A stretch of DNA of 64,000 bases from Chiloscyllium plagiosum (Eukaryota). Each line of letters begins with the position of its first letter. Position 1 is the first letter of the stretch. This document shows, one piece after another, positions 10,310 through 22,600 of this stretch. The notes under the pieces are model-generated. The model saw only the letters and a list, made by a program, of their open reading frames with translations. It had not been told where the DNA came from and did no database searches. The position numbers and the translations under genes were made by a program. The DNA lies in NCBI RefSeq assembly GCF_004010195.1, contig NC_057751.1, positions 2,944,379 through 3,008,378 on the forward strand. The letters run 5' to 3'.

Positions 10310-10975
10310 AATATCTTATTAAATGCGAGAGGGTTCAGAAAAGATTTACCAGGATGTTGCTGGGTATGGAAGGTTGGAGTTGTAACTATAGGCTGGGGCT
10401 CTTTTTTTTCCACTGGTGCATGGGAGGTTGAGGTGAACTTGTAGAGACTTATAAAATCATGCAGGGTACAGATAAGTGAACGGCAGGTGTCTTCTCTATA
10501 GGTGGGGGATTTCAAGATGAGGGAGCACATTTTAAGGTGAGAGGACAGATGTACAGTAGACCATGAAGGGGCAACATTTTTAGTGGTTTGTGTCTGGAAT
10601 GAACTTCCAGAGAAAGTGGTGAATGCAAGTACAGTTAGAATATTTTAAAGACACTTTGAACAGTAAGTGAACAGCTAAGGCTTGAAGTGGGGGAGTCCAG
10701 AACTACAGGGTGTGGGTTTACAGTGAGATGGGAAAGATTTAAGAAGGACCAAAGGGGTAACTTTCTCATGCAGAGGGTGGTGCATACCTGGAAGGAGCTG
10801 CCAAAGGAAGTGGTGGAGGCTAGTACAATTCCAACATCTAAAAGGCATCTGGATGGGTGTATAAATAGGAAGGGTTTGCAGGGATCTGGGCCAAATGCTA
10901 GCAAATGGGACTAGGTTAGGATATCTGGTCGGCATGGACGAGTTGGACTGAAGGATCTGCTTCTGTGCTGACTCC
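10310..10975 (+). mobile_element. CR1 LINE 3' fragments (two joined pieces)
   Basis: RFKKDQRGNFLMQRVVHTWKELPKEVVEASTIPTSKRHLD is the CR1 ORF2 C-terminus, followed by the CR1 3' UTR. Confidence 0.85.
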
Positions 10976-13549
10976 ATTCCAGCTGCTAGTCACTCCTGGG
11001 CCTTTGATTGCAAAGCTCTTCTCCCTGTGTAGTAATTGATGTTGAAAAAGAAAATTACAAAATGCAGGGAAGATGGCAGTCATTCTTGTCCTGGAGTTTA
11101 TACTGGCCCTCTCTAGGAGGGCTGAGCTGAGATCACAGCAGGGTTTTCTTGGTCAGTATTGTCACAAGTCAGTACAGTGTGTTGTCATCTGTGCGCTGAA
11201 AGTCTGTAGCTGATATTGCAAGGTTTTGTGTGTGAGCTTCGCATCTTCCTTGGCATGATATCTGGTTTGCAGAGTGGTGCCAGTGACTGAGGATTTGGGA
11301 GGAGTGAGGGGTCCCTTGTTTTAGTGGAGGTGCCTGACCATTCATGTCAGCTGCCATCGCACTTGGTCTGTTGCAGGGTCTGTGTGGCTGGAACCTGGCT
11401 TATTCTGTCTTCCTTTAGTTATCCCTCACTTGAAAACTCTGAAGGAATCCTATCGGGCTGGAAAAGATTGTGAAGGATGGAAATCTGGTTTAAGATAATT
11501 CAGTCCACGCTCAGGGGGTGGGGAGTGGAATATAGAATATTTTTAACATGGACTGTTCCATAAACTGGAAACTTTGTTTTTTAAACGCATCATCTACAGG
11601 ACATTGCAAAAAGTATTGACTTGTACTGTCTCTCCCTGACATTGTGTATATTTCCATGTTGTCCTGTTTGGGGATTTATTAGATGTTCTGAGTCAGTAGT
11701 GTACAGCACATTCAGTCTGCACTGATCAAAAACAGCCACTTTGCTATTCCAATCCCAGTCTCCAGCAGTCAGCTCATAGCCTTGTCTGCCTTGGCATTGA
11801 ATGTGTACATCTAAAAACTTACTGAGAATTTCTGCCTGGATCACCCTTACAGCCAACGAATTCCAGATTGCCATCACCCTCAAGTGAAAAGATTGTTCCT
11901 CACCAACCCTGTACCTCCTTTACCCCGTAGCTTCAGTCTATATCCCTGCTCAGGACTCCCTCCACGACAGGGAGAGGTTTCATTGAACTGTCATTGGGAG
12001 ACCCCAGTATTTTGGATCTCGATCGTTGCATGTGATCTTCAGTCAGTCAGACGAGGAGATGCTGAAACATGGTTGGTGTTTCTTGCATAGAAATGTTTTC
12101 AGAAGCTCATGATGTGATTTGAGTCAATTTTTTTGCCTGCAAGGCCAGGTCATGTACAAGTTCACTTGATCACTGAGGCCTTGCTTTGTTTCAAAGCAAC
12201 ATTTAATGCCCTGTCAACGGTTGTTGTCAGGCTTGAGTATTTAATTAGTGCAAATGACATTACTGTATCAGATGACAGAATGCGCAGAGAGGCAAAGCAA
12301 AGCTTCAGACTGAAAGTAGTCTCTAAATCAGTTGCGGAGAAACCAGCACCTTCCAAACATCTCCTCGCTGCGCTGTTATCCATTTACCCCAAATCAGTGA
12401 CTGCATTGACAATGTCTCTCCTTGTCATGGCTGGGAGTGAACCTGAGGACTTGCTGTGTTGCCATGCAGCAACTCTGTTCTCTATTTTCAGAAAATCAGC
12501 CATCATCTGAATGTTGAAGCATGCTCGAAGGGCTGAATAGCCTCCTGCTGGTCTTGTACAGGTTCCTGCGTTGAGGTTATCTCCGTTCTGTTGTCCACAA
12601 CCAAACTGTCTCGTTGCCATTACAACCGTACTCACTGACTTGGACTGATTCCCCCATCGTGTACCATCTCCATTTTTGATGTGGTCAACCTTGTTCTCAA
12701 AACTCTGCACTGTCTCAACTCTCCTGATCTACACCACATCCTCCAAACCCCCTAAACCTTCGGAGCTCTCTATCCTTCTCGTTGGCTTTCCGGTCATCTG
12801 TTTGATGAAATGTAATTACTCTGCAGTAGCTGTGCTTTCAGGTATCTCGTGCAAAGCTTTGCACTTTGCTCCTCTCCATCTCTTAGCTTGTCGACAGCAC
12901 TTTCCCCTTGTTAAAATACCCAGCTCAGGGAGCCGACGTTTGATCAGTTGTCCCAAATCTTCCTTTATGTAAACGCAAGTATCCCACAAGCTGTTTGAGA
13001 ATAGACCTGGGACTGTTTTCTGAATGGAGGAATTCTGGAAAAAGGACACCATTCAGCCCCTTGACTCTTTCCCACCATTCAGCAAGGTCATGACTGATGT
13101 GTTCTGAATTTGCCATCTCTATCTTGTCTTTGCATTTTTAAGCTTTAATTTTGTTAATCAATTCACCTCCAGCTTCAAGACATATATTGATCCCGCCTGG
13201 ACTGCCTTCTGAGGCAGAGGGTTTGCAAATCACAGAGTCACGTCAACTGGACCTGACAGTGTCCATGATTAACAATGGCACCAACCAGGAAATGGACACT
13301 GTGTATTTCCCCCCCCCCCAGGAATAGAAACTTCTCCAAGCTGTGGAGCTATGTGTTCTTGAGCTTGCTGTCGTGGCTCTCTGTTTCCCATTATCTCAAA
13401 CCTGTCATTAAGTGTTGTGAAAATCCTCTCTGGTTTCGCTTTCCATAATGCTCATCAGGTTTCTCCACCCTGAAGCCATGTGCAGTTTATTCTGGGGTAA
13501 TTCCTCATGGAACCAAGGGGCCGTGTGGGAAGGTCAGGAGTGGGTGAGT

Positions 13550-15380
13550 GTCAGGCCGTGCAGCAGCTATTAGAGGGAGCACCCTCGGCCTACCAAACTT
13601 GCAGATGACTTAGCCACTTGGTGTACCAGCAGGAAAGTAAGCCCAGGCAAGTCAGTATCGCCCCAAGTTCAGTGTGGTCTGTTTGCAAACCTCAGAGGCC
13701 TGGGCATGACCTTCCTGCAGCAGAGATCATTGATAGGCAAGCTGACCAATATACACACACCCACTTTCTCAGCAGCATAGGCATGCACCTTCCAGAGATT
13801 GTGGTCAGCACTGCGCCATGGTTCAGCTGGGTAGGAAGGAGGTGAGAAGATACAAGAACAATCACTAATAGGAGATTGCTCCAAGGACAACGGAGTTGTT
13901 TTGGTGATGGTTTGTTTCTTTCCCTGTGCCAGGATCCCAGATGCCCCCCCTCTGCCTATGTTGCCCTGTGTGGGGGAGGGAGGTGTGTGAACAGCCAGAG
14001 GTTGGTAATTCAACATGGTACCCATGAGTTGAGCAAGCCAGAGGATCAGGTCCTCAAAGTATATTTCTGTGCAGGAGAATGCTCAGGAATAATTTTGAGA
14101 TGGTAACCAGTCCTGTGTGCCAGTGAGCACACAGACGTGAACCAGGTGATTGAGCATGTGGCTGGTAAAGTCATGGAGTAAGGAGGGTATCGGGGTTCTG
14201 AGGTCTGACCATGGCTTGTGACTCAGTGGGAGCCTGTACCACAGGGATGGGTTGTAAATTAATAGGACCCAGGTAAACATCCTCACCGAGAATTTGCTGA
14301 TCTTGCTGAGGAGGGTTTAAATCAGGTCGGCAGAAGAATGAGGACCCAAGCAGGAGCTGAGATTCCGTGACAATAACAGGACTCGTGAGCAGGAGGAGAC
14401 AATGCACAAAGTAATGCCAAGTGACAAATGGGCTTATTGATGGAGGATCCACCCTTTTTTTAAAATGGCTTCAATAAAGGCTTCCATTTTGAAAATGTGG
14501 TGTGAACTACGTACTGTGGGTCTGAGTGTGAGCACAGAAATGTGGCAATCAGCTATCTGAGATTGGGCCTGAATATTCAAGATCTACTTGTAGCAAGGAC
14601 ACACAGAAAGGCAAAGGAGTTAGAGTGGAGTGCCAAATCAAGAATAGAATTTGAATCTCTGTATATCTGACAAGATCTTTGAAGAATCATGATGGAGGAT
14701 TTGTTTGGGTAGAGCTAAGTGTCTGAGAGTCACTAAAAGTTTACAAACAATTAACACCAGTTTGAATTCAGAAATTGCAATGTCCAGGTATGTGGAGACT
14801 GGCTGACATCTCCTTTGGAGTCGGATATATTTCACGAGAGAGTGCAGCAGAGGTTCACCAGATCACTCCTTGGGATGGCAAGTTCCCCTCATGAGAAGAG
14901 ATTAAGAAAGCTGGGGCAAATGGTGCTGGAATCGGCACTGAAAATGAGTGTCCATGGACAGAGGGCAATGTGATGATTGGAGTCGCCGTGAGTCTGGTTA
15001 GCTTACTCTGTCTCCCATGGATGTTGCCTGAGCTGGAATGCTTTCTGTTAAGAATGCTTGATCCGCACTCCCCTTGACTGTTTTAAATTGATGGGTCATT
15101 TCCCTGAAACGTGAACTCTTGCAGGATGTGACAGGGTAGATGTAGACAGAAGGTTTCCTCTAGCTGAGTACTCTAGTGTCTCGTGAAGGGACAAGACATC
15201 TGATTGAGATGAGCAGAAATTTCTTCACTAAAGGTGGTGAATCTTTGGAATCGTCTATCACAGAGGCCTGTGGAAGCTAGTTCAAGCTGGCCTCTGGAAG
15301 ACCCTGTCAGGGATATTTAAGGACGTGATCTCACTGGTCCAACTGGCTCAGGGGGCTGAACAGCATACTCCTGTTCCAGT
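13550..15380 (+). mobile_element. Highly degenerate CR1 LINE (ORF1 esterase-like and ORF2 remnants)
   Basis: LIGD / FPCARI / QPEV-type ORF1 remnants near 13870-14030; ORF2 3' remnants and 3' UTR at 14830-15380. Confidence 0.55.
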
Positions 15381-15559
15381 GACCCCTCATTTTGTCTATC
15401 AACAGCTTAGATTTATACATCACCACATAATGAAACATCCTGGTTTTTCATCAGCTATCACCAAACCAAATCTGATACCCAGCCATATTCGGGAGCTGAA
15501 GTTAGGAAAGGAGCAAGGGCTGTATATGTGGCTTTTTTTTTTGAATGTTTTAATAGAAC

Positions 15560-16400
15560 ATGGGTGAGGCTGGCTGGGTCAGCATTTGTTGGTTGTGCCT
15601 CATCACCTTAGAGAAGGTGGTGGTGAGGTGAGTTGCCTTTCTGAGAACCTGCTGCCCGTGGGGTTACACTGTTAGGGAGTGTCGGAGTCTGGAAACCTAT
15701 CACTGTTCAATGCTGAAGGGTGTGCAGCCTGGGTTGGTGGGGTGGGTGGGGGGAGGTGGTGGAGAAACTGTAGCTGATGGCGTTTCTGGCCATCCGCTGC
15801 CCTTTTCCTTCCATATGGAAATGGCCGTGGGTTTGGAAGGTGCAGTCTGAGTAAGTTGGATCAGTTTCTGTAGTGCATCTTGTACACAGTACACGCTGCT
15901 GCAACTGAGCATAGTTGGTGGAGGCACTGGATGTGTGTAGATGTGGTGGCAATCAAGCTGGGGCTGCTTTGTCTGAGATGGTGTCAGCTGCTTGAGTGTT
16001 TTTTTTTTTTTTTGGAGCTGTATCCATTCCAGGCAAGGAAGGGAGTATCCCATTATGTTCGTGGCTTGTTCCTGGGGACAGGATTTGAGGAGTCAGGAGG
16101 TGAGTGAGTGTTGGATTTTTCTGTCTATGGTAGTGTTGTGCATTTCCTGCTTGTGTTCAGCAGGGAGGTGGAGAGATTTGGTAACCCAGAGCCTGGGGTG
16201 TGGTTGCTCAGGGCACAGTCACTAATGGTTCAGCCATGATATCTTGGAGGTCAGTATTAGACTAACACCGCTATAATAGTGAAGGTTCAGGGGCTGAGAG
16301 GATGATTCTAGTATCCTTTCCTTACAGGGCAGGGTTGCTGTCCAAGGTGGTCAGTCTGTTGAAGTCAGGAGGATTGCCATGTTGTCAGCATCTCTAATTC
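15560..16400 (-). mobile_element. Non-LTR retrotransposon 3' end (L2/RTEX-like)
   Basis: Shared end ggccagcatt..ccttgagaaggtggtggtgag (also 36790-37055); minus-strand ORF-end remnants (tgtgtactgtgtacaagatgcactac). Confidence 0.6.
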
Positions 16401-17454
16401 TGGATTGAGCAATGACACATGAGCTCATGAAATTAGCCTGACCCAATCAAAATGAGCAGTTCATCCTGTTTTCAAGTAACTGTGAGCAAAGCTCGATGAA
16501 TGGTTGTAGGTTTTAATCTTCTCTTTAAAACGTGCCAGTTCTGAGCAATGACCATGTGCACTGATCGTGATTTGGCCCCTTCCCTCTCTTGCAGTGATGT
16601 TTTGTTGCATGTTCAGCATTTGCCCTCAGTTATGTGTTGCTGTTCCTGCACTGAATTAGTTGTGGAAGTGGTGGTTATGTATCGAAATAAGGATCTCACT
16701 TGCAAACGACAATGATGCTGGAGCAATTTTGCGGGTAGCTTTTGTCTCCTCGCAGTGAATGTCACTGCTCAGTTTAATACTAAATTCTTTTTGTTTCAGT
16801 CACAGTAATAATTGTTCTTGAAATCCTGCTGTTCACTACATGTCTATACAGACTGCAAGTCTGGAGTCACTGGGGAATTTTAAACAGCTTGACCTTGTTC
16901 CTGGACTGGTAATCCAGAGGTGTAGCCTCCTCTCCAAATTCCAACTCTCTGGAATCTTTCCCAGTAACAACACAGTAACCAGTTTGTGGCAGTAACAGTG
17001 ATCAGGATAATCCACTCCTGTCCACTTTAATTTCTGTTGTTGCTTAGGGAGGGATGCTTGGTGTACTGAGAGGCCAAACGAGTTCATTATGGAAAGGATC
17101 AAGCCATTGGCAATGGTGGGTTGGGTCTGTCTCACTGTGAATGGCAGCTTTGAGGGTCAGTGCCAGGTGAGGGAGATCTGATGACTGGGGAAGTTATGTA
17201 CAGTAAGGGAGTGGGGCAGACTGTGTTCCTAACAGAGGCGTTCAGTTAGCTATTAAACATCACATTCTGTTCATTGTATTCAAATCTCAGATTTTAAACA
17301 AGATTCCCATTGTCCTCCTCATTTGCTTTTCTTGAGGTCAGTCATGTACTGTTAGGAAACACTCCCACTCTCCCAACCATTTGATTACTGAAGTGAAGCT
17401 TCCATTTCTATCGTCCCTCCTGTCTTAAGCCATGGTGCTACTCCTTACAGCCTA

Positions 17455-17784
17455 CAGAATCCCTACAGGGTGGAAACAAGTCCACATCGTCTCCCCTGCA
17501 GAGGAGCCCACCCAGACCCACTTCCCCTCGCCCATTATTCTACATTTACCCCTGACTAATGCACCCAACCTACACAACCCTGAACATCATGGGCAATTTA
17601 GCATGGCCAATTCACCTAACCTGCACATCTTTGGACTGTAGGAGGAAACCGGAGCACCCAGAGGAAACCCACACAGACACGGGGAGAATGTACAAACTCT
17701 GCACACTCGCCCGAGGCAGGAATTGAACCCGTGTCCCTGGTGCTGTGAGGCACCAGTGCTAACCATTGAGCCACTGTGATGCCC
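17455..17784 (-). mobile_element. tRNA-derived SINE (HE1/V-SINE-like)
   Basis: Reverse complement of the SINE at 55004. Confidence 0.88.
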
Positions 17785-19659
17785 AAGTATTTGTGACACC
17801 TGGCCACAGTAGGAGAAGGTGGGAGCCCTTGCAGTGGTTTCCTGCCACACAGCCAGGGATTTTGTGGAGCGTGGATGGTGTGTGTTGAGGTTGAATCCTT
17901 TCATGACCAAAGACACTGATGCATGTGGGTGCAGTCTGGTCATGGCTCAAAGTATGAATCCTGGTCATTTTCTGCATGGTGTTTGAAGGCTGGGAGGGGG
18001 GGGGGCGGGCAGTGGTGGTGATTTGATGGGCAATTTTGGAACTGTATGGTGGTGAAGTGTAGGAGCCTGGATGTGGAGCTCAGTCCAGTGACTAAGATCT
18101 GTGAGGCCACTGTACCTCGCGTTCAGTGACCCCGAGCCTACACATGATGGATGCATCACTGCTGCATCAGACCAAGGCGTTCAGCTCAGTCTGGGTCCAC
18201 CCCTGGAATTTACATGCTGGTCAATCCAAAAACTGCACAGACTCTTATGCCATCACCAAGTGACCCTTCATTACCAATGCATAATGCATGGCACTGACCA
18301 AGCTAGCTCCAAGCATGCCCAGAGAGGGACCAGAGCCAATGACACTGTCTTTATCTGTGTCAATGTGGGTGCACTGACTCTCATAACAAAAGATACCATT
18401 GTGCAAGATGTTTATTCTGTCTTTCCCACCAGGAGGTGGACAGTGAACCAGTAACCAGCTGAGACTGGTAAGGACAATGCTTGTGTGGAGGGGGGACACT
18501 CTCTTGTTTCTATCTGAGCCAGGGCTCCCTGATTGGACCAGATTAACAGCTCCAGTCACCAATCTCCCATGCCACAGGGTCTGCTTGGCCGACCTCGGGA
18601 CAATCACAACATCAGGAGAAGAGGTTGGTTTGCCCTTTCAAGGGCTGGCCATGCTGGGATGGGTTGAATGGCTTCTGCGTTATGCATGTTTCCATGAATT
18701 CTGCTGGGACACATTCAGTTGGTTTAGCTCAGTTTGGCTGGATATCTGGGTCACTATACAGAGTGATGGAAACTGTGTGTGGTTTCCTGTATTGGGCTCA
18801 GGTTACCCTGAAGGGCTCTGCTTCTCAACCTCTCTCCTTGCCTGAGGCATGCTGAGCTCTGGTGTCTGTCTCTCCGTGGTCTGGTATAACTGGCAGCTTT
18901 TAATTTTTCACTGAACTGTGCCTCAACACTGTTCCCCCTCCAACTCAACTCTACTTTCATCCCCTGCATTTTTTTTTTGATGGTTTGCACTGGGCTTTAC
19001 AGGTAGATTAATCAATTGTACAGCACTGACTTTACTGGTGGTGACCAGGAGAGGTGGGGGGGAAGGGGGAAAGATCCCATTGCTGACTTGGTAATGGAGC
19101 AGGGAGATAGTTTTGGTTCTGCTCAATAATGGTTCCACGTATTTTAAATTTAGTTTTAGAGAAGTGTGTAGTTTGGGTTGGCAGAAATGAAAGGAATCCC
19201 AGTGTGCAACTTGCTCGCATTAAGTTCCCGCAAGCAGCAGCATGGTCATCAGCAGACAGCCTGCAACCCAATCCACTGGAAATACCCTTCACTTCATCCT
19301 TAAACCGAAGGTCCAATACATGTTGTCATGTTTTCACAACCTGTGCGCGTCCCCCCAGTGGGGGGGGGGGGGTGGTGTCCCTGGGCTAGCACCCTCCCCA
19401 CCTGACAGGGCGTGGGTCAACCTGTGTTCCCATGACCGTATGGGACTGTCCTGGTTGGTTGTCCGTAACAGGTATATTCTTGACCATGTCATTGAATGCT
19501 TCCCCATGGGTCACGTCAGCAACCCTTGCTGTTCAATGTTGTGGGAACTTGACTATCTGTCTGAAATGAACCTTTTTAACAGCTTTTGTTTTTTGATCTC
19601 CCTTCTCCCTCAGCAGGTCAGGATTTCCCTGAGGACCCGTTTCTGTTCGATCTGTTACC

Positions 19660-19668
19660 ATGGCAGCT
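19660..19668 (+). CDS. anxa4: anxa4 exon 2 coding part (MAA); exon starts at 19614 or 19617
   Basis: Polypyrimidine tract plus cagcag acceptor; Kozak ttaccATGG; ATG GCA GCT|gtaagt; phase 0 joins exon 3. Confidence 0.85.
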
Positions 19669-22600
19669 GTAAGTACTCTGATGCAGACACAACCTTCCTT
19701 CCTTCACCGTCTCTTCAGTTCCCTGCCTGCTTATGAATTGATGAGATGAGGTTTAGTGGAATTGACTGAGATCAATAAGAGAGTCAAAGGTTTCATTGAC
19801 TTGGTTTCTTCCCAGTTAAACTGTAATCACTTGTTTGGGACATTGTGAAATGTTATCAGCAGACAAATCCATTGTTCAAACATGGTACCAGTCAGTGAGC
19901 AGCTCCTGTGATACTGCCTGCTGTTGACTTTATTAATGAAACCTGTTTGTCTCTGTTCTGGGATCAATGAACCCATGCTGTTGTTCAGCAGAGGGTTGGA
20001 CAAGTCAAGGTTTAATGACCCTTTGAGGGGACTATTCCTTGAAGAATTCACTTAGTTTTCCACAGTAAATTTCAATGGTTGTAATGACGTCGTCCCTATT
20101 TCTTAAATCCCTTGGCTTTCGGGCTCAATTGCCCAGTCTCTTGTCATTGGAGAAGTTACTTATCCCAGGGAGCAATAGTGAATCTTCACTGTACTTGGAC
20201 TAATGCAAGTATTTAGTTTTTGTTTAAACATGGAGACTTGAGCGCTCTCGCTCAAATCAATATGTGCCCTTCAAGGAGGGAATGTAATCTGGCTTTCGTG
20301 GCTGAATAGTACCTGAATCTTTTTTCTTTTCCCTGAAATGCCAGGGAAAAAAAAACACTGCAACACAAGTGAGTGTTGGGTGAAAACAGGAGGGCAGTCC
20401 AACTGGAAAAGGCTTTTGCCCCCTGCTCTGTTCCCCAGTTCCTCATGTGTCCATATCTCCTCACAATTGTATTTCAATCTATTTTCCTATCAAGGTTTTC
20501 TGATGAGCTCTGGTTCTCAGTCACACAGATGATAACTGAGCACTGACACTTGCAATAAATCTACTCCCTCACCAGCTGACAACACGAAGGCCCATTTAAT
20601 CTTGCTCTTGTCTTCCTGTCTGTTATCCAATCCTCTATCTGCACAAATGTGAATTGTCTTAAACTCCTCAGATGTCATTGTCCTCATGGATGTGGTACCT
20701 TACTGAATGGCTTTTGGGACTCACTAAATTTAATTTTTTTTTTCCCTGGTATCTCCTACATGGGCTATGGACCCAAAAGAAATCCTGGTACAGTCAACCT
20801 GGTTTTTCCCCATTGTTACACCACATTGAAGAATCCAGATATGGCAGTGGTGTTGTAAGCATGTTGTTCACACTTGGGTAATTGACCATGATGTGGAGGC
20901 GCCGGTGTTGGACTGGGGTGGGTCAAGTTAAAATTCTCTCAACACCAGATTATAGTCCAACAGGTTTATGTGGAAGCACTACCTTTCGGAACGCTGCTCC
21001 TTCATCAAGTGGTTGTGAGCAGTGTTCAGAAAACTAGTGTTTCCACATAAGCCTGTTGGACTATAACCTGGTGCTGTGGTTTTAAACTCCATTGCTCACG
21101 TCAGCTTCCTGATCAGCCCTCCAAGTGTGTTTCATGGCGCTGACCTCACTACAATCTGTGCAGCCAGTAATGAAGCAAGGCCAGGCAATGGATAGAAACC
21201 TGGTGAGTAAACAGGAAAGAAAATACAGGTCAGAATAAATGAGTCTTTCTGACTGGCAGGCAGTGGCTCGTGGGTTACAGTATGGATCCATAGGAGGATG
21301 CCATACTAAAGATTTAGATGAGGGAAGTAAATGTAAGATAGAAAGCTGGGTGGGAGGGTGCAGACATGATGCAGTATCATTTGGACATGGAGTGGGTCAG
21401 TGCATGGCTGATGCTTGTTAACGTGGATAAATGTGAGGTGGTTCACTTGGGTAGCAAAAAATAGAGTCCAATGATTATTTGGCTGTATGCTGAGATGGGG
21501 GAATGTTTAGTGAGCCCGGGGTACTCCAGTCTCTGAAAGGGGCTGTGCAGGTACTGTGGGCAGTGAAGATGCCAAACTGCACATGAGCCTTTGATAGTGA
21601 GAGGGTTTGAGCCGTGCAACAGGAATGTCTGGCTGCACTTGGCGATGCCACTCCTGAAATACTGTGGGGTTTTGGTCTCCGTCTCTGAGGAAGGATGTTC
21701 TGGTGATGGAGGGAGTGCAGCTGGTGGCGGGACTGACTGAGGAGGAGAGACCGAGTTAGTCAGAATTCTGCTGACTGGAGATGAGGAAAGATTGAGCAGA
21801 GGGTGATTTGCCTAGAAATGGTGAAAATTCTGACCGGACCAGTCAGGGTGAACACAGGAAGGATGTTCCGGTGTCTCTTCACCCAGCGAGCACTCCGCCT
21901 GTGGAATTCCCTACTGGAAAGGTGTTGGGGCCAGAACATTGTTATCAAAAAGGAGGCTGCTCCAGCTCTTGGGACTGCAGGGATCCAGGCATATGGGGGC
22001 AGGAGCAGGATTCAGGTGCTGTGCTCGATGATCAGTCATGATCATACTGACGGAGCAGACTGGAGCTCCAGGATGGCCACCATCTGATCCTGTCGATCGG
22101 AATTATTTGGCACTGGCTGAGTACAGTTTGGGATTGCGCCCACTGTATAGGAAGTTGGTGTGGTGTTGGACCAGACTTAGAAAATGCTTACCAGGTTGGG
22201 GACTTTGACCCGTGTGTGTATGTGTGTGTGCCTGTGTATATATGCAGTGCAGAAACAGTTGTGAGTGAAATGGTGATTTGTACTGCCGACCAGTTAAATC
22301 GTTAGTCTCTGGTCTTGTCTGAGACTTGGACTGGGTTGGATTGCATTGTCATGACATTCCAGAGTCTCTTCAATGTGACGTCCCTATGTCTGACCTAGGG
22401 CTGATTTTTGGGCTTTGGTGAGAGCCCAGGTTTCTCTTTCTCTTCCTTGTCTTGACGACCGTTGTCTTTTGTCAGTGCAGTACTGACCTAATGAAGGCTG
22501 TATAACTGAGTCTTTGTGTGGCCTGCACTTGGATGCTGCTGCTCTGGGAGTTTGGTGTGGTGAGGGCAGGGTAAGTTTCATGGTGATCAGCAGTAGTACC

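Noticed and set aside
12133..12710. Overlapping ORFs on both strands in intron 1
   Set aside because: No recognisable domain or splice-consistent structure; internal stop on the minus strand
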